A stretch of DNA of 64,000 nt from a virus: IMG/VR virus record IMGVR_UViG_3300032046_000022, positions 3,261 through 67,260 of that record. The stretch is one strand, 5' to 3'. This document shows, piece after piece, positions 1-10,124 of the stretch. The first letter of the stretch is position 1. Each line of letters begins with the position of its first letter. The position numbers and the translations under genes are program-made. The notes below the pieces were generated by a model. That model searched no databases. It saw nothing but the letters and a program-made list of their open reading frames with translations, and had not been told where the DNA came from.

Positions 1-67
1 CAACACCAAGATTCAGCTAATGGAATGTGACGAACGATAAACCAATTTCGAATGATGAGGGAATCTA

Positions 68-1972
68 ATGGCAATCGGTGATGATTTCACAGTAAATGCA
101 GCAGGTGACATCCGGCACGTGTCCGGCACCGACACGTTCACGGTGTTGCAATTCCACCGTTGGTTGCAGGACTTGGCAGACCAAGCGCAGGGATCGGGCA
201 ACGACCTGCTGGACATTACCAGCGTCACCCCGTCTGCCCGTGCGACCGACAACATTATCACGCTGAACGCGCCGTACAACATCGACGACGGGGCAGCGGA
301 ATTTCTGTACGACGGTTCCATCGAGCAGGACGGGGGCGACGTGATGTACTCCGGTCTGGTCGTGGTGGGAGCGGTCGCAGGCGCTACCACGTTGCAGGTG
401 GTGCAGGACGCGGCCCTGTATGACACGGACGCGCCATTCTGGGGAACTGGAATCAATGCGGACGCGGCGGCGAACATCCTGTGTCGTATGCTGATCAAGA
501 CGCGGGACGTTGCGGCAGACATCGACGGCAAGCGCATCCTTGTCTATGCCCGCGAATGGGGGCACACGTTCGCAGAGTTTTCGGTCACGATGGGGCTGGG
601 TAATTCAGTCGCGGCCATCTTCACGTCCACAGACCTGAACAACACAACCGTTGTTGGAACCGTGGCGACGTGGACGACAATCAGCAACACTGAGGGCTAC
701 CAGACCATCGACCTGCTGAACGGTGATGGTGCGAAGGCGTACTTCTCGCAGTGGAACAAGGCCGCATATTCTATCAACCAGCTCTACGAGCGTGCCAAGT
801 GGCTTACACGGCGCGGTTCGGCGGAGACACTGTACGGTCTGGACGGCGAACTGTTCCGTGGGATCACGCACGAAGTCTTGTGCGACGCCCCAAGTGCAAC
901 GCAGTTCAACGAACCGGAAGAAATCACATGGTCTGGCGGTAAGGGCCAGCTTCTGGCTTCGTTGGACGCTGACAGCGGCGCGATTCAGATCAACGTGGTC
1001 GCCACGGCGGGCACGTTCACGCGGCTGTCGGGCAGTTTCTTGACGGATGGATTCATGCCGGGGATGCAGGTGCAGTTTACCAACTTCACCCTAGGTGGGA
1101 ACAACGTCACCAAGATCATCAGCACCGTGTCGCAGTACGTCATCACGGTCACGAACACTTCCGGTTTGCAGGATGAAACCGGTGGTGGTAACGAACGGGC
1201 GCTCACGAACATCCTGTGGTTCCAGCTAGTCTCCGGCGTGGCCCCGACGAACAACCAGACGATCACGGGCACGACTTCCACCGCGACCGCTGTTGTCAAT
1301 GTTTCCATAACTTCGCGCAACCTGTCGCCTGTGTTCTTGGGGCAGTCTACGGGATCGGCAGTCATCGGTGCTTTCGGTATCGGCGTCGAAGCGGCAGACC
1401 TGACGCAGAACGACAAGCTGTTCGACCTGACGAACATCCTGCGGACACCGCCGAACAACCAGAAGTTCTACGTCTACGGACTTGTGCAGGACGAAGATCG
1501 TGTGCTTGTCACCAACGCGCAGACCGGCAACATCGACTTCGACCAGCTTGCATTGGGAACGGATCTTATTGGCGGGACAGAAACACAAGTGGATGTGGGC
1601 ATCGGGAACATCCCCGCCGACACACCACAGACCGGCTGTCTGCGTATCGAACTGGACAGCGGCATCTACCGCCGAGTCCCGTACCTGTCCCACGACAGTA
1701 GCCGCTACTTCACCATCGCGTCTACAGACTTCACAGACCCGAACGACGCGGCTTCAACCAACAACGTATTCATCGCCTACATCGACAAGGACGCGGGCGC
1801 GGGCACGGAAGAAATCACGCTGAAGTACAGCGGAGATCGCACCATGTTCGTGCGCGTGCGGGACGGTGGGGGCGTGACCAAGAACAACACGCCGATCAAG
1901 ACGTTCGAAACCACGACGTTGTTTACAGGGGGTGGCGGGTCAGCTACCGCCATTCGCACCCCTGACGCTTAG
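68..1972 (+). CDS. Virion structural protein (tail/fibre-associated), 634 aa
   Basis: Long T/G/D/N-rich beta-type ORF, RBS GAGG upstream, lies in the tail module ahead of the lysis genes. Confidence 0.6.
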   Translation: MAIGDDFTVNAAGDIRHVSGTDTFTVLQFHRWLQDLADQAQGSGNDLLDITSVTPSARATDNIITLNAPYNIDDGAAEFLYDGSIEQDGGDVMYSGLVVVGAVAGATTLQVVQDAALYDTDAPFWGTGINADAAANILCRMLIKTRDVAADIDGKRILVYAREWGHTFAEFSVTMGLGNSVAAIFTSTDLNNTTVVGTVATWTTISNTEGYQTIDLLNGDGAKAYFSQWNKAAYSINQLYERAKWLTRRGSAETLYGLDGELFRGITHEVLCDAPSATQFNEPEEITWSGGKGQLLASLDADSGAIQINVVATAGTFTRLSGSFLTDGFMPGMQVQFTNFTLGGNNVTKIISTVSQYVITVTNTSGLQDETGGGNERALTNILWFQLVSGVAPTNNQTITGTTSTATAVVNVSITSRNLSPVFLGQSTGSAVIGAFGIGVEAADLTQNDKLFDLTNILRTPPNNQKFYVYGLVQDEDRVLVTNAQTGNIDFDQLALGTDLIGGTETQVDVGIGNIPADTPQTGCLRIELDSGIYRRVPYLSHDSSRYFTIASTDFTDPNDAASTNNVFIAYIDKDAGAGTEEITLKYSGDRTMFVRVRDGGGVTKNNTPIKTFETTTLFTGGGGSATAIRTPDA

Positions 1973-2082
1973 GGTTTATCTGGGGCTGGAAACTGCGACC
2001 AGCGATCTAGTCCGAAGGCCAAGGACGACGCGGAAGTGGTGAGGCTTACAACCTACAGCCCCAGTTCAGATGGGGAAGTGTA

Positions 2083-3867
2083 ATGGCAACACCCACGCTG
2101 GGCAGTCCGCCAACCACGATCAACGCGGCGGATGTCAACACGAACTGGCTGATCACAGTCACTGCCGACTCGGAGTTCAAGAAGGAAGGCACGAACTCCA
2201 TGTCGGGCACCCTGCGTAATGATCTGTCTACGTGTCAGTACGGTCCTGTGACCGGCATCAGCATGGCGAGCCAGCACATGCGATGCTGGATCAACTTCGG
2301 CGCACTGCCCTACTTGGATACTGAAGCTGGCAGCGGGATGGAGTTCTGGGTGACGGACGGGACAAACACAGCCTACTGGATTGTGTTTGGTTCCGACACC
2401 TATTTCGGCGGCTGGAAAAACGTCATCGTTAATTTTGAGGGAACACCCAGTTCAGGGACAAAGCCGACAGGCAGCGTCACGACCTGGGGGTTTCGCTTCA
2501 ATCGCACAGCCGCGCCAGCAAACAAGATCAACACATGGGTCGATGCGCTGCGCTACGGCAACGGCTACGTCATCACAGGTGGGACTTCCGGCGACAAGGT
2601 GACGCTGGACAACATCTACACGGTGGACAAGGCCAGCGCCTACGGAGTTGTGGACAAAGTAGAGGGAGTGTTCTTTGGTTATGGCAAGCTGACCTTCGGC
2701 AACGGCGCGACCACGACCTACATCAACATCACTGGGCAGGTGTTGGTTTTCACCAATTCCAGAGTCGCCACCGGACTGTACGCGCTTATAGGGCAGGGGG
2801 CAGGCTGCGACATCACCATCAGCGCATCGGTGTTCAATTCTTCGGGGACGACGGATACCACGCGGTACGCCATCGACATGGACGACGCGAACCTCGCGGC
2901 CTTGTCGATGACGGCCAATTTCATCACACGTGCGGCGGCCTGCACGTTCAAGAGCGGGCAGACGGTTACAGGTAACACGTTCGACAACTGCGGCCAGATC
3001 ACGCCAGCAGGCGCGAACCTGTCCGGCAGCACGGTCAAGGGCTACGCGGGGACGGCGGACACGGCGGCACTGGTGTGGGACGTGAACACGGACCCGGACG
3101 GCTTGTTGGACAACATAGTGTTCACCAAGGGGTCAGCAGCAGCGCACGCGATTCAGCTTGGGCTGACCAGTCCGACCACGATCAATCTGAACGGGATCAC
3201 GTTCGCCAGCTACAACGCCGCAAACTCGCAGAATGATTCAGCTATACTTGTTTCCCGCACGACGGGTACAGTCACGATCTATGCCAATGGCTGCACGGGG
3301 ACAGTCAGTTACAAATCAGCCGGGGCAGCAGTTGAAATCATTCAGGATTCGGTTGCTTTCTCCGTCACGGTGAAAGACACAGCCGTGCCGCCAGTGGTTA
3401 TCAACAACGCGCTGGTGTTAGTGCTGGCTTCGGACGATACAGGGCCGATGCCCTACAACGAAACGGTGACGAGCATCACGAACGTCGGGACGACAGCAAC
3501 AGTGGCGCATACCGGACACGGCATGTTGACTAACGACAAGGTGCAGATTACAGGCGCGTCGCTGTGGCAGAACAATGGCGTGTTTTCGATCACCAGGACA
3601 AACGACAATGAATACACGTACACCTTGCCATCCGCCCCCGGTAGCAGTCCGACAGGTACGATCAAAGCGACCTACGCGGCGCTGTACGGTCTGACAAGCA
3701 GTGGCGTCGTTAGTAGCAGTCGTGTGTTCACAACGGATCAACCAATTATAGGGCGGGCGCGAAAGTACGGGACATCACCGCCTTACTATCAAACTGCGAA
3801 CTTCACGGGAATCATAGACTCGGTAACTGGATTCGCTGTGACCGTTCAATTACTTCCGGACGCATAA
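2083..3867 (+). CDS. Tail fibre/spike-like protein, 594 aa
   Basis: T/G/S-rich with a beta-helix-like middle; C-terminal TATVAHTGHGMLTNDKVQITGA motif of a type seen in phage tail proteins. Confidence 0.55.
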   Translation: MATPTLGSPPTTINAADVNTNWLITVTADSEFKKEGTNSMSGTLRNDLSTCQYGPVTGISMASQHMRCWINFGALPYLDTEAGSGMEFWVTDGTNTAYWIVFGSDTYFGGWKNVIVNFEGTPSSGTKPTGSVTTWGFRFNRTAAPANKINTWVDALRYGNGYVITGGTSGDKVTLDNIYTVDKASAYGVVDKVEGVFFGYGKLTFGNGATTTYINITGQVLVFTNSRVATGLYALIGQGAGCDITISASVFNSSGTTDTTRYAIDMDDANLAALSMTANFITRAAACTFKSGQTVTGNTFDNCGQITPAGANLSGSTVKGYAGTADTAALVWDVNTDPDGLLDNIVFTKGSAAAHAIQLGLTSPTTINLNGITFASYNAANSQNDSAILVSRTTGTVTIYANGCTGTVSYKSAGAAVEIIQDSVAFSVTVKDTAVPPVVINNALVLVLASDDTGPMPYNETVTSITNVGTTATVAHTGHGMLTNDKVQITGASLWQNNGVFSITRTNDNEYTYTLPSAPGSSPTGTIKATYAALYGLTSSGVVSSSRVFTTDQPIIGRARKYGTSPPYYQTANFTGIIDSVTGFAVTVQLLPDA

Positions 3868-4127
3868 TGAAAAAAATCGATATTTGGGAAAAGCGGTGCG
3901 AGTCCCTGAACCAAGCGGTGCAGAAACTTGAAGCAGACATTAGACAGTTGCAACAGCAGAACTCCATGCTGGTGATGGAGAAGCGCCAGTGGGAGGCCGA
4001 TAAGGCGATGCAGGGAGCAATTATCCAGCAGGCGCTGGCGAACTCGAATCAGACCAGCAACTCTTATCTGGAGGAGAACCGTCGGCTGCAAGAGGAGCTG
4101 AAAGCACTCAAGGAGAACAGGCTGTGA
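3867..4127 (+). CDS. Small coiled-coil protein
   Basis: TAATG-coupled ORF, Q/E/L heptads. Confidence 0.5.
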   Translation: MKKIDIWEKRCESLNQAVQKLEADIRQLQQQNSMLVMEKRQWEADKAMQGAIIQQALANSNQTSNSYLEENRRLQEELKALKENRL

Positions 4128-4271
4128 ATATCAACGACTACGCGGCGCACGTGCTTACTGAAGCGGCAAAGGCGTACGATGAGGGTGACAAGGCTGAGGC
4201 CGTGCGCCTGCTGGATGTGTTGATTCAAGTGATTGTGGAAAAGAGGGACGCAATCTCGAAAGAGTTGTGAA

Positions 4272-4895
4272 ATGGCGGTCACGATAGACTGGACAATGAA
4301 GATCATCTCGATCCCGAAGTCGGACTTGACGCTGGTGCAGTCCGATCCGTTCGAGGTGCGCGAACTTGATCTTGACTGGTTCAGGTTGCAGCTCAAAGAC
4401 CTTGAGGACAGCGCTGAAGGGATAGTCTGCCCCGACACGCATCGCCACAATACCGAGGTCACGCTGGGTGGTCTGACCTTCGCTCGCGTGATCGAGATCA
4501 TCAACGGCTACACGGTCTCGTTTGAGAATGGCAACTACGCGGTGAACCTTGTGGGTGCGAACTCGAATGTCGGGGACGTCACCAATCTGAACGAGGTTTC
4601 CGTGCGCACGCAGAACTCGGCCGGTTTGATCGTAAGCGAGACCGCAGACATCAACGCCATCCTCGCGTCGATTGGCGTGGCAATACTGGATGATCAGAGC
4701 GTGGAATCTGGCATATCGCTGCGCAACACTCAGCGTCTGATGCTTGCTGCGCTGGCAGGGATTCTAAGTGGGGCTGACGGTACGACGGTGACAATAAAGA
4801 ACGCAAAGGCGGGGGGCGGCGACAAGAACCGAATTGTGGCGACTGTGGATGAATTCGGAAACAGGACAGAACTGACTTACGATCTAACGAGCTGA
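4272..4895 (+). CDS. Virion structural protein
   Basis: MAVTIDWT start; C-terminal RIVATVDEFGNRT motif typical of phage tail-associated proteins. Confidence 0.5.
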   Translation: MAVTIDWTMKIISIPKSDLTLVQSDPFEVRELDLDWFRLQLKDLEDSAEGIVCPDTHRHNTEVTLGGLTFARVIEIINGYTVSFENGNYAVNLVGANSNVGDVTNLNEVSVRTQNSAGLIVSETADINAILASIGVAILDDQSVESGISLRNTQRLMLAALAGILSGADGTTVTIKNAKAGGGDKNRIVATVDEFGNRTELTYDLTS

Positions 4896-4896
4896 C

Positions 4897-5295
4897 GTGA
4901 ATGCTGCGAGATATTTTACACTTCGTTATTGGGCGCACAGATACTTTGCGATTCGCCCATACATCTCCGTTGTCCATGAAGCTGTTTGGCCTTTTGTCGC
5001 TGAGTCCAGGCTGTATGAATTTGAAAAGCAAAGGAGCTATCTATTCGTCGCGTCACAATATCAAGAGGCCGAAAGGACCGAGATTGTTTTTGTGGCTGAC
5101 CAGAAAATTGATTTCGCCACATCGTGCCCATGGATCGAGCTGGTGGCAGATTCTAGGATGTATGTGCATTCTGCCGGCCAGCGAAAGTTTTTGTTCTATG
5201 CCGCGCCGCTCGAGGAGTCGGAGAATCTTGGGCGAACATTTGCAGCGTTGCGGTCTTTTGATCACGCCGACAGCGCAAGAATAGGAACGATCTGA
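4897..5295 (+). CDS. Hypothetical protein
   Basis: Fills the gap in the operon, coupled to the next gene. Confidence 0.4.
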   Translation: MNAARYFTLRYWAHRYFAIRPYISVVHEAVWPFVAESRLYEFEKQRSYLFVASQYQEAERTEIVFVADQKIDFATSCPWIELVADSRMYVHSAGQRKFLFYAAPLEESENLGRTFAALRSFDHADSARIGTI

Positions 5296-5594
5296 TGAAG
5301 CATATTCAGCGGAAGCAGCCAAGAGAAGTGATTCCATGTACCATGGATTTTGTGAAGGCTTTGCCGGCGGGCGAGGCCATTAATACGCTCGATGTAAAGG
5401 TATATGATCCAGACGAGGTGGATGTATCATCCTCAATCATCTCTGGCACACCGACCAAAGTTGGCACAAAGGTAAGTCTCGTTGTCAAAGCCGGAACGTC
5501 TGGTCTCGATTACAAGATCGAATTCATAATTGTTACTACTCCTGGCGCGTACACGCTCGAGGAGGAAGTTGAATTACAGGTGAAAGAGACATGA
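5295..5594 (+). CDS. Fibre-tail adaptor-like Ig-fold protein
   Basis: KQPREVIPCTMDF...GTSGLDYKIEF...EEEVELQVKE pattern resembles phage fibre adaptor proteins. Confidence 0.55.
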   Translation: MKHIQRKQPREVIPCTMDFVKALPAGEAINTLDVKVYDPDEVDVSSSIISGTPTKVGTKVSLVVKAGTSGLDYKIEFIIVTTPGAYTLEEEVELQVKET

Positions 5595-5950
5595 TCAATA
5601 AAGAGCTAAAAGAAGAATTGGATCGTTTTGAGGACGACTTGATGGCGAAGGTGGTACAGTCCTCAAACGGGAGGAAAGGTTGGCTTTGGAATAATGTTGG
5701 CATCATCGCGTCGACGCTCGTTATATTAGGCTCGATGCTTGTTGCGTGGGGAAAGATTCAGGCCCAAATCGAGCATCTTAACTTCGAGGACGTTCGGCTA
5801 TTTGAGGTCGACAAGTCGATCGAACAGAAAGTTGATTCTCACAGAGTCGACTCATCGCGCCACACTGACAATGAATTCAAATCAGATGTGCGGACACAGC
5901 TGAATGAAATTCGCAATCTTTTGGTTCAACACATCGAGGCTCGAAGATAG
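5591..5950 (+). CDS. Single-TM membrane protein (lysis-associated)
   Basis: One hydrophobic helix then coiled coil, directly upstream of the endolysin. Confidence 0.5.
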   Translation: MINKELKEELDRFEDDLMAKVVQSSNGRKGWLWNNVGIIASTLVILGSMLVAWGKIQAQIEHLNFEDVRLFEVDKSIEQKVDSHRVDSSRHTDNEFKSDVRTQLNEIRNLLVQHIEARR

Positions 5951-5959
5951 GGAGGACTC

Positions 5960-6394
5960 GTGAAGTCAGAATTCATTATTATTCATCACAGTTTGACCGG
6001 CGACTCGCAGACCGTTTCGTGGCAAGCAATTCGCAAATATCATACAGAGACTTTGGGCTGGAACGATATAGGTTATCATTTTGGTATCGAACTGATAAAT
6101 GATCACTATGAGGTTCTGCTGGGTCGAATGCCGACAGAAGACGGCGCGCATTGCAAAGAAGAAGGCATGAACAGGCGCAGTCTTGGGATCTGTGTGGTTG
6201 GGAATTATGATGAAACCGATTTGCCACCGATCGCATTTAGACTTTTGGTTCGCTTGGTCTCGTCTCTTATGACTGCATATTCCATTCCTAAGACAAACTT
6301 GAAGCGGCACACAGACTATGCCGGCTATAAGTCGTGTCCAGGAAGAAAGTTTCCGTGGGACAGCTTGGTCAAGTCTGTGGGTGATATGTTATGA
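5960..6394 (+). CDS. Endolysin, N-acetylmuramoyl-L-alanine amidase (Amidase_2 / T7 lysozyme type)
   Basis: [30 protein letters not shown]...KSCPG motifs. Confidence 0.92.
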   Translation: MKSEFIIIHHSLTGDSQTVSWQAIRKYHTETLGWNDIGYHFGIELINDHYEVLLGRMPTEDGAHCKEEGMNRRSLGICVVGNYDETDLPPIAFRLLVRLVSSLMTAYSIPKTNLKRHTDYAGYKSCPGRKFPWDSLVKSVGDML

Positions 6395-6789
6395 TTACGA
6401 TGCTACAAATTGTCGAGACGCTTCCGTTGCCGCAGGTGCATCACCATCTCGAGTGGACTTTTTATTTGTTTGGCGCTGTCCTTGCGCTGGCGATGAAGTG
6501 GTTTCGCTGGACGTATAATGGCTCCAAACAGGGCAAGACGGTGAAGGAAAGCACTCTCGAGTGGTTTGCTGTGGATCTGCTAGAAGATAGAGTGTCGTGG
6601 ATTACCACAATTGGCGTAGTGTGGGTGTTTGGTGTGGTATATTTGAATCGCGTTCCTTTCCTTTGGATGAATTGGATCCAGTCGATTCCGATCGAGGAAA
6701 GTATTGCGTTCTTATTCGGCTCGATGATGGAATGGGTCGCGCCAGCGGTTGTGAAATGGGTCGTGGCAAAGTTGCCAATTCAGCTCTAA
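6391..6789 (+). CDS. Putative holin
   Basis: About 3 hydrophobic segments, overlaps the amidase stop. Confidence 0.5.
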   Translation: MITMLQIVETLPLPQVHHHLEWTFYLFGAVLALAMKWFRWTYNGSKQGKTVKESTLEWFAVDLLEDRVSWITTIGVVWVFGVVYLNRVPFLWMNWIQSIPIEESIAFLFGSMMEWVAPAVVKWVVAKLPIQL

Positions 6790-6807
6790 TGGAGAAGGCG
6801 GAACAAG

Positions 6808-7263
6808 ATGATAACGTGGTTGGCGGGAAAGATAGGTGCGCCAATTTGGCTGATGGAAATAGTCCTCGCCGCCGTCGCTGGTGGGGTGATCTTCTGGTAT
6901 ATAAAGCATCGAGAAGCCGTGGCCTACGATCAAGGACACGAAAGCGGGATCAAAGAGAATATAGAGGACCGGCTCAAGCCGTTGAAGAAGGAACTTGAGG
7001 ACAAGCAGGCGGCGGTTGCGGTGGATCGGCAACTGGTGGACAAGGACAAATCTAATGTGGCCGCAGAAAAAAGAAATTTGATTCAGCTGCGATCAGGAAT
7101 GGAACAGGAATATAGTAGACAGCTGAAGATGATTCAGTCTAGAGAGGCGGAGAGCGATGCAAGTATTGACATGCTTTCTGATGCTGAAGTTGTTAGCGCC
7201 TTGCGGTTGCAGCTTATCAGAAACAGAGCAATCATCGAAGCCTCCGCAGACACTAACAAATGA
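6808..7263 (+). CDS. Putative i-spanin
   Basis: N-terminal TM helix plus long coiled coil in the lysis cassette. Confidence 0.55.
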   Translation: MITWLAGKIGAPIWLMEIVLAAVAGGVIFWYIKHREAVAYDQGHESGIKENIEDRLKPLKKELEDKQAAVAVDRQLVDKDKSNVAAEKRNLIQLRSGMEQEYSRQLKMIQSREAESDASIDMLSDAEVVSALRLQLIRNRAIIEASADTNK

Positions 7264-7558
7264 AGAATTTCGCGAGGCGCTTCGTCAGCTTACTCGATTA
7301 GAGACCGCAATATATCAAATTGGAGTTGAGCGCCAAAATCTCGAGCGTGAAAAGGCGTTATGCGCTCGAGAGAAATTTAATCTAGAAAAGGAAACGGAGC
7401 TGGCCAGGAGAGAGACAGAGCTGGCTCAGCGGGAGCGTGATATAGAAAAGCAGCGCGCTGACTTTTTCGAGCAGGCATATAAATCTGTTACAAAAAAGCG
7501 GAGCGCCAGCTGCACGTTCAAGAAAATTATCTCGATCACGCTGTGGAAGTGCCATTGA
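7157..7558 (+). CDS. Putative o-spanin (overlapping frame)
   Basis: Overlaps the 3' end of the i-spanin; short hydrophobic N-terminus with Cys, then coiled coil. Confidence 0.4.
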   Translation: MQVLTCFLMLKLLAPCGCSLSETEQSSKPPQTLTNEEFREALRQLTRLETAIYQIGVERQNLEREKALCAREKFNLEKETELARRETELAQRERDIEKQRADFFEQAYKSVTKKRSASCTFKKIISITLWKCH

Positions 7559-7869
7559 TGGAGAGAATTATGATTTGGCTTTGGCTGGTGCTTGTACTAT
7601 TTGTGGCGTTGATTGCGCTCAGCGCGGGCCTGAATATTCGAAAGCGCGGTTTGCGCCGATATGTCTTCAATCTCTTGATCGGAGTTGATCAGTTCTTCAA
7701 CGCTGTGCTTGGTGGCGCGCCGGACGAGACTATCTCGAGCCGGTGCGGGCGTGGATGTGGACGATATTGGTACTGGACTCTTCTTGGAAAAATTCTAAAT
7801 GTGATCGATCCAGGACACATACAAGATGCGATGGCTAATGAAGAAGCGGACGCGCACCGTTCCGCTTAG
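7543..7869 (+). CDS. Conserved phage membrane protein
   Basis: DQFFNAVLGGAPDETISSR...IDPGH motif common in phage lysis regions. Confidence 0.55.
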   Translation: MEVPLMERIMIWLWLVLVLFVALIALSAGLNIRKRGLRRYVFNLLIGVDQFFNAVLGGAPDETISSRCGRGCGRYWYWTLLGKILNVIDPGHIQDAMANEEADAHRSA

Positions 7870-8329
7870 TCTGATATGCACTCTTCTTTCGTATGCCGCG
7901 TTCGCCGGCGACGTTAAATTAGTTTGGGATCCAAATAGCGAGACAGACCTTGCCGGCTATAAGGTGTATCGAGGCAACTCCTCGAGAACCTATGGCACTC
8001 CGGTTTCGCTTACGCTTGCACAGTCCAATCATCCAACTCCAGGCTACACGGCGACAGGATTAACTCCTGGAGCTACATACTTTTTTGCTGTGTCAGCGTA
8101 TAATACGGCCGGCCTAGAGAGCGGCTTTTCGAATGAAGTCTCAACAACTATTCCTACGGTGCTGGAAGGAGACTTGAATGGTGATTTGCAGGTGAATGTA
8201 GTCGACATCCAGCTGATGGTGAATACCATCCTTGGAGTAGCGACAACGGTTGGAGCGGACATGAACAAGGACGGGCAGGTGAATGTAGTTGATTTACAGC
8301 TTCTGATAAACAAGGTTCTTGGGAAATAA
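7826..8329 (+). CDS. Secreted FN3 + dockerin domain protein
   Basis: Signal peptide ending AFA; FN3 WDPNSETDLAGYKVY...YFFAVSAYN...ESGFSNEV; duplicated dockerin repeats GDLNGDLQVNVVD / ADMNKDGQVNVVD. Confidence 0.85.
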   Translation: MRWLMKKRTRTVPLSLICTLLSYAAFAGDVKLVWDPNSETDLAGYKVYRGNSSRTYGTPVSLTLAQSNHPTPGYTATGLTPGATYFFAVSAYNTAGLESGFSNEVSTTIPTVLEGDLNGDLQVNVVDIQLMVNTILGVATTVGADMNKDGQVNVVDLQLLINKVLGK

Positions 8330-8340
8330 GGAGAAATCGA

Positions 8341-8610
8341 ATGCAGGTAAAAGTGATTTGGGTTGCAAATTCTACCGACGAGCAAGTGTCTGAATATGGG
8401 ATATATACAGACGGCGCTCTCACAGCAAAAACCACGACACCAGAATACACGATGGATCTGGCTCCTGGCGTACACACGGTCGAAGTCTCCGCTTTCAACA
8501 TTTGGGGTGAGGGACCGAAGAGCGATCCGATTTCGTTGCCGGCAGGAGTTCCGTCCAAGCCGATGGGTGTTTCTGTCACGGTCACGGTGAGCGTAATAGT
8601 CAATCCGTGA
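8341..8610 (+). CDS. Stand-alone FN3-like protein
   Basis: W..N..DEQVSEYGIY...VEVSAFNIWGEGPKSDP pattern. Confidence 0.65.
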   Translation: MQVKVIWVANSTDEQVSEYGIYTDGALTAKTTTPEYTMDLAPGVHTVEVSAFNIWGEGPKSDPISLPAGVPSKPMGVSVTVTVSVIVNP

Positions 8611-8930
8611 ATAAGATCATTATGATTCTTGTCTTTCTATATGTCGACAAGCCAGTGGCTTCTCTGCAATTCGACATGCTGACGGCTGGGACCGTGACGC
8701 TCTCCGGCAGCGTGAACAAGCAGATCGCCATTGGAAGTGTCGGCGGGAAAACCCGCGTGATCATATACGGACTTGACCAAACAACATTCGTGGGCAAGTT
8801 TGCACAGATCGATGCAGACATTTCGCAAATTAGCGGCGTTGTCGGAGCGGACGCGGGCGCAACTCCGATCGCGGTAACGGTAAAGTCGCTGAGCCAACCA
8901 AAACACGTCAAAGTAGAAAAGGTAAAGTGA
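8607..8930 (+). CDS. Cohesin-like beta-sandwich protein
   Basis: VASLQFD...KQI...RVIIYGLDQTTF.G pattern resembles cohesin-like domains. Confidence 0.45.
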   Translation: MNKIIMILVFLYVDKPVASLQFDMLTAGTVTLSGSVNKQIAIGSVGGKTRVIIYGLDQTTFVGKFAQIDADISQISGVVGADAGATPIAVTVKSLSQPKHVKVEKVK

Positions 8931-8934
8931 CTGT

Positions 8935-8969
8935 GCAGCAACGCTCTTGAGCGTTGCTGCTTCTGTTTT
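8935..8969 (+). terminator. Rho-independent terminator
   Basis: GCAGCAACGCT/AGCGTTGCTGC stem followed by TTCTGTTTT. Confidence 0.7.
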
Positions 8970-9056
8970 GCCCCATAGATTTATTCTCGTACTTGTGCAG
9001 GGCGAGCCATGCATATTCATTCACATTAAAAATAAATTCTGGCGTTTCCGTTTTTC

Positions 9057-9067
9057 TGGGGATAATA
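9057..9067 (+). promoter_or_regulatory. Recurrent promoter motif TGGGGATAATA, copy 1
   Basis: Same 11-mer at 25523 and 34473, each intergenic at an operon start; contains a -10-like GATAAT. Confidence 0.55.
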
Positions 9068-9181
9068 TAAGTACACCGCAAAGAGGAGAGAAAGAAGGGG
9101 GATATGGGGGATATAAAAGTGGAGTTCTTTTTAGGAACTAAAAAGAGAATTTGACTGTCATCCTTTCCTGTCGGAAAGGAT

Positions 9182-9209
9182 GGTGGCGCTGTGCGCCACC
9201 TTTTCTTTT
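9182..9209 (+). terminator. Terminator/attenuator hairpin
   Basis: GGTGGCGC/GCGCCACC stem plus TTTTCTTTT. Confidence 0.6.
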
Positions 9210-9416
9210 GACAAGGAGAATTGAGATGGATGAACCAAGTACACTTTCAAGGTTCTTGAGGAAGATCGGAATAACGGTTGTGAATACTCCGCTGAGCAAC
9301 GCTCCTCTCCAGATGATTGAATATCCAGACTTCTCGGTGATAGCAAAGAAGGGATCCATACAAGTTTCCAAGTTTAATGTTGACACCTGGATCATAACGA
9401 AGGTCGTAGACAAGCA

Positions 9417-10124
9417 ATGTTAATAGATATGGCTGAGTATAAGGCGCAATCAAGTCCGCGTAGGATCATTCCTCCAAGACTCGCACCACTCCAGCTGTTA
9501 AAAAAGCAAACCGCTCAAGTCCAGCAATTCGAAGTGCAAAATTTGGCTTCTGTTTTCATGGATTTGTATCGACAGAAATATGGACTCAAGTTTGTCAATT
9601 TGAATAGAACGGCAGACCAGACGGCGCTCCGGCGCATCATCGTGATGTGCCAGCATAACGGCTGGCCGGTGAATGATTTTGTCGAGTATAACGTTCTGTG
9701 GTATAAGCAAAACCTTCCATACAGACCGTTGCCGACAAATTTTTGCGGCCAAAAGGCCGAGGATCGATACGAATCGTTTCTCCGCCGCGAAGGTTATATA
9801 ACAGCAGATGCGCCGGTGCCAACTCGACGGCGCGAGGAAGTTGATTCTATTGACGCAACGCGAGAGCGTGTCCGTTTGATGAGGATAAGACAGCAGCTTC
9901 CGGAACAGGCAGAAGAAGCGGCGGTCGAATACGCGAATGGAATTTCTGCCGGCTCCACTGAGCCGGCCAAGCCGCCAACAACTTGGATTAGATACACAAG
10001 GGAGCAACTGGTCGAGCTGCGCAAACAGCAAGTCTGGGCTGAAGCCAAAGAAGAATATATGAGAAGGTGGAGAGAGGAAGTGATTTATGGCCGCACCGCA
10101 GAATCTGAGGATGGACAATTTTAA
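9417..10124 (+). CDS. Hypothetical replication protein upstream of the helicase
   Basis: 235-aa ORF overlapping the helicase start; function inferred from position only. Confidence 0.45.
   Translation: MLIDMAEYKAQSSPRRIIPPRLAPLQLLKKQTAQVQQFEVQNLASVFMDLYRQKYGLKFVNLNRTADQTALRRIIVMCQHNGWPVNDFVEYNVLWYKQNLPYRPLPTNFCGQKAEDRYESFLRREGYITADAPVPTRRREEVDSIDATRERVRLMRIRQQLPEQAEEAAVEYANGISAGSTEPAKPPTTWIRYTREQLVELRKQQVWAEAKEEYMRRWREEVIYGRTAESEDGQF

Noticed and set aside
68-5594. Diversity-generating retroelement or invertible tail-fibre cassette
   Set aside because: No reverse transcriptase, invertase, or TR/VR repeat pair seen
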